Below are positions 37,559 to 45,254 of a DNA stretch of 45,254 bases, piece after piece. The notes beneath the pieces were generated by a model. That model did not search any database. It was not told the origin of the DNA and saw nothing but the letters and a program-made list of their open reading frames with translations. The stretch spans positions 1-45,254 of the forward strand of contig NW_021834854.1 of NCBI RefSeq assembly GCF_006345805.1. The letters are read 5' to 3'. The position numbers were made by a program, and so were the translations under genes. How positions within the stretch are numbered: position 1 is the stretch's first letter; the number at the start of each line of letters is the position of its first letter. Source of the stretch: Octopus sinensis (taxonomy: Eukaryota).

Positions 37559-38167
37559 GTGGGTGAGGAATGAGCTGGAGATTTAGGGAAAATAGTAGGA
37601 AAGATGAAGTAAGACGAAAGCATGACATCTTTCTGTAAATCTGCAGATAGACACTCGAAGATTTCGTCGCAAAAATAATCAAGCACTTGAGGTTTAGTCA
37701 GCCTTTGATAGGTCAACGGCAACAATGATTCGGTTACCATTAGTCAGTGAAGTGATGGCGATACACAGCATTTAAATGAAGACAATTTGATTGGGCAGTC
37801 CATCTTATAGTTCTTAGGACAATTCTACGGACATCGATACAGTGCAATTTAGCATTACATATTAACCACGTTGGCGTGCCATATACAAGTGGAAGCGCCA
37901 GTTATCTCGCGTTTTCAATTTTCTCCGCGCTACAACGAGTTCTGTCAAAGCTTTGAATCGTGATCTGTGACGTTTGTATTATTATTGTCATTATTATTAT
38001 TGCTATTATTATTATTATTATTAGTAGTAGTAGTATTAGTATTATACGTGCATTTAACATTGTGTACACAGGCTTCACAAACACACATATATAGAGACAA
38101 AGATACTTAAATTGATGCTCGCTCCACATACGCATATAAACGCACACAACTATCTATCTATCAGTCA

Positions 38168-38229
<62 letters not shown>

Positions 38230-38236
38230 ATATATA

Positions 38237-38287
<51 letters not shown>

Positions 38288-38332
38288 ATGTATATATATA
38301 TGTATTATATATGTATATATATATATACATAT

Positions 38333-38392
<60 letters not shown>

Positions 38393-38419
38393 CAATGTAT
38401 CTATCTATCAATCAATCAG

Positions 38420-38492
<73 letters not shown>

Positions 38493-38975
38493 TTATTTAT
38501 CTATCTATCTTTCTGTCTGTCTGTCTAGGTATCACAGAAAGCTCCTCCAATGGACTCGGCTACGAGACAACATAGTAAACCTAAAGAAATGAATCGTTTA
38601 TATAACTCTGATGTTCAGGTGATGTGAAGACCTAGCCATTTTTAAAGCTTGCTTTGATTTGGGAATAAACAATTGTACTATATAATGTGTCTCATGCATA
38701 TTAATTCAGACATGTAAACATACTTTACCACACACACACACTCACACACACATACACACACACACATTCACACATATTCACGCACACACACACACACATG
38801 CACACACAACCATATACATACACATGCACCACAAACACACTCATATATTACACAATCGCTTGCGCACATACACGAGATACATAGAGACAGTCGTTAGAGC
38901 TTTAGGTAGATGCGTTGCAGAAATTTATTTCTACACCTTCAGTTCAAGTCCTTCACTTCAAATCCCTCACTATTT

Positions 38976-39007
<32 letters not shown>

Positions 39008-39146
39008 TGCCTCTCTCTCTCTGCCTCTCTCTCTCTGCCCCTCTCTCTCTGCCTCTCTCTCTCTTTCTGCCTCTCTCTCTCTGCCTCTCTCTGTCTCTCG
39101 GTCTCTCTCTCTGTCTTTATATATTCATATACATACTTACATACGT

Positions 39147-39318
39147 AGGGGCAGGAATGACTGTGTGGTAAGTAGCTTGCTTACCAACCACATCGTTCCG
39201 GGTTCAGTCCTACTGCGTGGCACCTCGGGCAAGTGTCTTCTACTAGAGCTCCGGGCCGACCAAAGCCTTGTGAGGGGATTTGGTAGACGGAAACTGAAAG
39301 AAGCCCGTCGTATATATG

Positions 39319-39351
<33 letters not shown>

Positions 39352-39520
39352 TTGTCCCCTCAACAACGCTTGATGCTGGTGTGTTTAAGTCCTCGTAACT
39401 TAGCGGTTCGAAAAAAGAGTCCAATAGAATAAGTACTAGGTTTACAAAGAATAAGTCCTGGTGTCAATTTGCTCGATTAAAGGCGCATGGCCGCAGTCAA
39501 ATGACTGAAACAAGTAAAAG
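39147..39520 (+). mobile_element. tRNA-derived SINE, family 1
   Basis: Colinear with 3259-3609, including the internal microsatellite. Confidence 0.85.
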
Positions 39521-39678
39521 ATGTAAAAAAGATGCGAAAGATACACACATACACACATACAAACTTACATGCACACAGGCTGACTCATATTTACGCCGCT
39601 CTCTCCAGATATCACATTATAGATACGATGGGTGCTTTGGATAAAAGAAAATAAACATAATTATGATTTTATTCAAAA

Positions 39679-40052
39679 CTAGCAGTATCGCCCGGCGTTG
39701 CTCAGGTTTGTAAGGGAAATAACTATAAAGCATTTTTAGAGAGTTATAGCCAAAAAATGGAAAAAAAATGATGGTAAATTTTTTTTTGATAGTTAAAAAG
39801 GTCGAGTTGCGTCCCCTAGACCATCTGTGGTTTGTGCTTCTGATTGTCGACCCCATGTCGAATTTATCGATTTTTTTCAGAACTGGGGGAACTTTTCAAA
39901 ATTTTCGCTGCGTTAGTTTTGAATTATGACATTGGGCTATGTGTGTGTCAAGTTTCATCAGAATCGATTGAAAGCCGTGGTCAGAGTGAGGGTACGAGAA
40001 AACAGACACACAGAAACACACACAGACAAACTGCCGTTTATATATAGAGAGA
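39679..40052 (-). mobile_element. Short non-autonomous Helitron
   Basis: Minus strand A|TCTCTCTATAT...CCTGAGCAACGCCGGG (hairpin)..GCTAG|T. It interrupts a repeat that is intact at 3655-3830. Confidence 0.8.
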
Positions 40053-40350
40053 TAAACACCTCTTATATTCACATACTTATTGCAGAGGTTCTTCAGGTCT
40101 TCTAAACCCTGTAAGAGAACTCGGAATGTTGGGACTCCAAGCAGGCCTTTGGCGATACGCTTTGTCAGGAATTTTTCGCCTCCTCCTCGTATACAGCATG
40201 ACTTAAAAAGGGATGGTAAAGAAGGAATATGGTCCTAATTTCCTTCAAGAATATCAAACAGGTCTTTAGGGTTTAACTGAAAATTGCATTCTTACTAATA
40301 GAAATTGTTTTATTTTTTTTTTCGTCTTTTCTTAATTTGGCAGTTTAGTT

Positions 40351-40583
40351 CCTATTTCTTTACTGCCCCACAAGTGGCTACACGTATAGGGGACAAACAA
40401 GGATAGACAAAGGGATTAAGTCGATTATATCGAGCCCAGTGCGTAACTGGTACTTAGTTACTCGACCCCGAAATGATGAATGTCAAAGTCGACATCGGCA
40501 GAATTTGAACTCAGAACGTAGCGGCAACGAAATATCGCTAAGCATTTCGCGCGGCGTGCTAACGTTTCTGTCACCTCGCCGCC
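40351..40583 (-). mobile_element. SINE family 3 copy (alternative 3' tail)
   Basis: Same head and centre as 7290-7500, but the tail is ..CACTTGTGGGGCAGTAAAGAAATAGG. Confidence 0.8.
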
Positions 40584-40718
40584 TTCGTTTTAGTTCTTCT
40601 TAATTCTCTCTTAAGTTATTCGATTTTCGTCTCAACATTGTTTCTCTGTACATGATACATTTTTCTCTGATCTTTTCGTCACAGGTTTACTCGTTTTCCT
40701 GTCTGCTTGTCCAGGACA

Positions 40719-41001
40719 GGGCTCGTGGCTTAGTCACCATGCTATTCGATTCACGATCATAAGGCTTTGAGTTCAATTCCTGACGATGCGTTGTGTCCTT
40801 CAGAAAGATACTTTATTCCACGTTGCTTCAGTCCACTTAACTGGCAAAAGTGAGCTGCACCTGTAATTCAAAAGGGCTGAATCTGCCTGAGAATTACGTT
40901 AAGCGCAGGCGTATCTGTGGAGTGCTCGTTAATTTCAGGAGTCGGCTGTTCTGTTGATATGATCGGCTAAAACATCCGTCATCGTAACCGACGGAGAGCC
41001 A
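40719..41001 (+). mobile_element. tRNA-derived SINE, family 4
   Basis: A-box-like TGGCTTAGT and B-box-like GAGTTCAATTCC; the body is homologous to 17049-17340. Confidence 0.7.
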
Positions 41002-41137
41002 GGCCACTTGTCCGTTCTTTTGTTAATTTACATTGCTTCCACTAGCCCAGTTTAGTTATCATATTTGCAAAAGGTTCTCCATATGCTTCTCCAAATTAGG
41101 CGGAATTTGAACTAAGAACGTAAAGACGGACGAAATA

Positions 41138-41370
41138 CCTATTTCTTTACTACTCACAAGGGGCTAAACACAGAGGGGACAAACAAGGACAGACAAACGG
41201 ATTAAGTCGATTACATCGACCCCAGTGCGTAACTGGTACTTAATTTATCGACCCCGAAAGGATGAAAGGCAAAGTCGACCTCGGCAGAATTTGAACTCAT
41301 AACGTAACGGCAGACGAAATACGGTTACGCATTTCGCCCGGCGTGCTAACGTTTCTGCCAGCTCGCCGCC
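41138..41370 (-). mobile_element. SINE family 3 copy (alternative tail), abutting an older family 3 fragment at 41099-41137
   Basis: Cleanest copy of the family: GGCGGCGAGCTGGCAGAAACGTTAGCACGCCGGGCG..GAGTTCAAATTCTGCCGAGGTCGACTTTGCCTTTCATCCTTTCGGGGTCGATAAATTAAGTACCAG..CCCCTTGTGAGTAGTAAAGAAATAGG. Confidence 0.85.
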
Positions 41371-42821
41371 ATTTATATATGTATGTACGTATGTATGTAT
41401 TTATGTATGTATGTACGCATGTATGTGTGTGTAAGTAGTTGTGTCTCCTTTCTCACTTTTCAGTGAGAGCTTACCACTTCATCCTTCTAATAAATTTGCA
41501 ATTTCTTACTCTTTATCATTTCCCTTGCAATTTATTTCGCGTTGCTCATGTGTGTATTCGGTGGTCGCGCACATGCGCATGCGTACGTATATGTATATAT
41601 GCTGAAGAGCGCGTGTGTCTGTGTGTGTTTGTGTGTGTTTGTGTGGTGGGGTGACTGTGGTTGTGCATATATTTTCTTCGTTTTTTATTTGTATTTTATG
41701 TCACTTAACATGTTTCATGTCATGTTAATAACGAACATCTCGCCTCTTACGACCTTGATGTATATAATATAATATAATATAATATAATATAATACACGGT
41801 GGATGTGAGATACCGTTTCGTGTGACTCTCCTGATGCCCGTACATTTATTTTTTCCGCGCTAATTAGCGGCTGAGGAAGCAATCGTCCAAATGGGTATCA
41901 CTAAACACACACACACACACCACACACGTGTTTATATTTATGCATATAGCCTGCAGCTTTCTGTTTTATGTTCTTCTAATATTTTTGTAAATATCTCCAC
42001 CCTGGGTCTCACCCTTAGATGTTGTTCTCGTTTTTGTTGATGTAATTTTTTTGCATTTAATTTGACGTCCACCGAAGGAAATTCCATTGTTGTGCCCTTT
42101 CATTGTTCACTGGTTAAAAAAAAGAGCTATTACATCTAAAAATAAAAAGTGCAGTGGCTGTAGAAGAGAGTGTCTGGAGAGGAGAAGGCTTCAGATAACA
42201 AAAAAATGTCGGAGGGGGAGGAATAACACAAACATACGAACAAACAAACAACAAACAATCAAAGAACTACAGAAACAGAGAAGTGTATAAATAAATATGT
42301 AAAATAATATGTGCTACCTAAGGAGAATTATAATATACATACATGAGCAAATGTAGGACCGTAGTCCCATAATGTGTGTGGAAGGTTCTTTACAGTTCTT
42401 TATTTCTTTTTTAGGATAAGAATTCTAAAGTTCTATGTTCTTTTTAGCTAATTCTTTCTATAATAAAATCATTCCTAATTTCAGATGGAAATTTGACCAG
42501 CGATGAACGAAAGTAGATCATCAAATAATTCTGGAAAACAGAGGATGCAAAAAAGTTTTGATAGTTAAGATTAAGATTAACAGTTTACGGAGTATGTAAC
42601 AAATCTGAGCAGATTGGGTCCATCTGCATTGCATAGAAACGTAGTCGACTGGTCAGTGTTACCACTGAAGAAGATGTAATATAAAGCATTCACTGAAAAT
42701 CTCCAGAAGTCAAAACCGGTGCCTTCGGGTTGACTAGTCATCTCCCAGAGATCCCTTCCTTGACTTATGAAATGCTAAGGTAAAAAGAAATAGTGAAATT
42801 AAAAAACTATGAGGGGATGGG

Positions 42822-42918
42822 CCAGTCCAGTCGATTGGATCGATACCATTACGCAACTGGTACTTAAATTATCGACCCCGAAAGGATGAAAGGCAAATTT
42901 GACCTCGACGGAATTTGC
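42822..42918 (-). mobile_element. SINE family 3 central fragment
   Basis: TTATCGACCCCGAAAGGATGAAAGGCAAATTTGACCTCGACGGAATTTG. Confidence 0.7.
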
Positions 42919-43094
42919 AAACGAGCTAATATTTTTATATATCGTGCTGTCAGCTAAATTTATTCCTTTTTTGGTTTTTCCACTTCAATAATCCTTAATT
43001 TTCGTAAAAAATTTTATAATTTGTTGAAATATCATAAAGGACCGGAAGAATAGGGCTACAGAAAAGAACAAAAATATCGCCGTTAAGATTACTT

Positions 43095-43205
43095 ATATTT
43101 TAAGCCTAGCACTCATTCTATCGCCGAAATGCTAAGTTACGGGGAAGTAAACACACCATTGGTTGTGAAACGGTGATGGGGGGACAAACACATACACAAA
43201 CAAAT
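43095..43205 (-). mobile_element. SINE family 1, degenerate 3' fragment
   Basis: CATTCTATCG..GCTAAGTTACGGGGAAGTAAACACACC..GGGGGACAAACAC. Confidence 0.55.
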
Positions 43206-43924
43206 ATGAACGTTCACACACACACACACTTAGCGAAGCGCATGATATCTGAAGGAGTATTGTATGTATAGCAATATATGTAGTTATCTAGGCTCATTTA
43301 TATTCATGTAAACTGGCATTATAATAGATTCAAGTGTATACGAACTTGAGAAAACATTTAACATCGGAGAAAATTCTTCCACGACCATCTCCGCAGCACA
43401 ACGTCTACTCACGTCCGAATACAAGTGTCCGCGTTAAGTATGACTTTTCGCGAGTATTTTCAATTGAATACTGCTGATGCTTCGTGTAAACTTATTTATA
43501 TTGATTTCCACTCAATTTGTATTAATTTACTTCATCGATAATTAGAATTTCAATGTGAAAATTTTCTCATCTTCTTACAAACATAACCACATCAAAAGAA
43601 CATGCCTACGACAAGAATCGCGTCCGACATTGCAAGCCTTTTAGTTAAAGCGGTATATTGCGTTTGAGTAAAGAAGTTAATGAATCGACAATCTTTCAAA
43701 ATGCCTCTTTTATACAAATTGGACGATTATCTCTTGATGAACATAAAAGATCACTTCTTAAAGGATCATTAGACATGTTACCGACAGAGAAAAAATTCTA
43801 ATCACATTACCTTGGCAACACTTCCAGTCGGTTCGGAATTTCACAAGTGAAACTTAGCAAGTTGCATTTCCATACTTCTCTCTTTCAAATCGTGTTGTTT
43901 ACATCAGAAGTACCCGCTGGGGTA

Positions 43925-43943
43925 CCCAGTTAGTTAGGGACAC

Positions 43944-44026
<83 letters not shown>

Positions 44027-44076
44027 ATCTATCTATCTATCTATCTGTGTGCAGCCCTGTGTGGCTAATAAAGAAA

Positions 44077-44129
<53 letters not shown>

Positions 44130-44191
44130 ATATCTATCTATCTATCTATCTATTCTCTCTCTCTCTCTCTCTCTCTATCTATTATATTTTA

Positions 44192-44233
<42 letters not shown>

Positions 44234-44239
44234 ATATAT

Positions 44240-44287
<48 letters not shown>

Positions 44288-44308
44288 TAGAGATGGAGAG
44301 AGACGAAG

Positions 44309-44348
<40 letters not shown>

Positions 44349-44367
44349 GTGTCTATAACTAACTGGG
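43925..44367. mobile_element. Foldback element with short unique TIRs enclosing a palindromic microsatellite core
   Basis: TA|CCCAGTTAGTTAGGGACACATCTATC ... GATAGATGTGTCTATAACTAACTGGG|TA. The interior is (TATC)n-(TC)n-(TA)n-(GA)n-(GATA)n. Confidence 0.7.
44044..44077 (+). mobile_element. 34-bp 3'-terminal remnant of the (TATC)n-associated retroelement
   Basis: TCTGTGTGCAGCCCTGTGTGGCTAATAAAGAAAC sits between two pure (TATC)n tracts. Confidence 0.7.
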
Positions 44368-44379
44368 TAATACTTCATA

Positions 44380-44656
44380 ATTGGGGTTCAGCAAAGATTT
44401 GCTTCACCACATACCGAAGTTTAGAAATAGCAGTCAAAAAATCTTACCTATTCCTTCTACTTTAAAAGGGAAAAATAACGAAAATCAATCAACATCGATT
44501 GATTTTCGTTATTTTCCCTTTTGCCTGCGTGGATTGTTTTCAAGTACTTTGGTTTTTCTGGGAGCCCCTTTTAAAGTAGAAGGAATAGGTATGATTTTTT
44601 GACCGCTATTTCTAAACTTCGGTATGTGGTGAAGCAAATCTTTGCTGAACCCTAAT
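44380..44656. mobile_element. Young MITE with ~91-bp near-perfect TIRs and TA target duplication
   Basis: Arms 44380-44470 and 44566-44656 differ at only a few positions. TA lies at 44378-79 and 44657-58. An internal hairpin occupies 44466-44520. Confidence 0.85.
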
Positions 44657-44758
44657 TATAAAGTATTACTTAAGCTTACCATGAAATGGTCTTTTTCATG
44701 CCGAAATCTACTTGGTGAAATTACTGATTACTTCTTAATTAATTAATTTTACCCTTTG

Positions 44759-44794
<36 letters not shown>

Positions 44795-45254
44795 GTCTGT
44801 CTGCATGACTGTCTGTCTGAAGTCTGTTTGTCGGCCTGTCTGACTATCTATATGTCTGTGTATTTAGCTGTTTATATATATACACATATATAGAGAGGTC
44901 AGAATGGTGTGAGTGTGTGTGTCTCTCTGTACGTCTCTATGTGTGTGTATATACGGGTGTTTGTGTTTGTGTGTGTGGGCCGTTTTAGACCAGTTCTCAA
45001 AACCAATGAACCATGACAGACTTGCCCAGAAACAAAAAAAATCCTTTCCACATTGCTCTTTCTTCCCCCACCCCAACCAATCTCCCACACTGTCACTTAA
45101 AATAGCAAAAAACCCTTAGCTTCACACAAAATAAAAACATGCTACAACAGGTCAGTTCATCTTAAATACTTTGTAAACTAAATATATCTCCTTCTCTCTA
45201 TATATACACACTATCAAACATGATTTTTATTGATCTCCTATTTTTATTGAATTC

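Noticed and set aside
37636-37695. Possible 45-nt exon IDTRRFRRKNNQALE
   Set aside because: The donor is weak (GTTTAG), there is no recognisable domain, and such open segments are expected by chance.
42660-42725. CTGAAGA..CTGAAA..GTC on the plus strand
   Set aside because: Partial stem II only; there is no stem I or stem III.

Overview
AT-rich eukaryotic DNA, very dense in microsatellites and interspersed repeats. The repeat spectrum suggests an octopus/coleoid cephalopod intron or intergenic region (inference). No host protein-coding gene, tRNA, rRNA or CRISPR can be supported, and almost all supplied ORFs are microsatellite read-throughs. Recognisable coding remnants are all mobile: one near full-length but frameshifted R4/Dong-clade non-LTR retrotransposon (19603-23575, minus) inside (TAA)n, three more R4/Dong fragments, an RTE-like zinc-finger tail and a Tc1/mariner transposase C-terminus. 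There are also two non-autonomous Helitrons, several MITE/foldback elements and at least four tRNA-derived SINE families. Best hunt result: a ~430-bp unit at 403-1467 present as two circularly permuted, longer-than-monomer copies in inverted orientation, each carrying an intact-looking type I hammerhead ribozyme with a palindromic stem III (retrozyme / Penelope pseudo-LTR-like). Four further hammerhead-like motifs, intact to decayed, lie in the first 18 kb. A second theme is microsatellite-specific insertion: separate families sit in (TAA)n, (TATC)n and (TA)n tracts, including a non-coding ~550-bp element that may be a Dong-dependent passenger. All calls come from reading the sequence by eye; no search or folding program was run.
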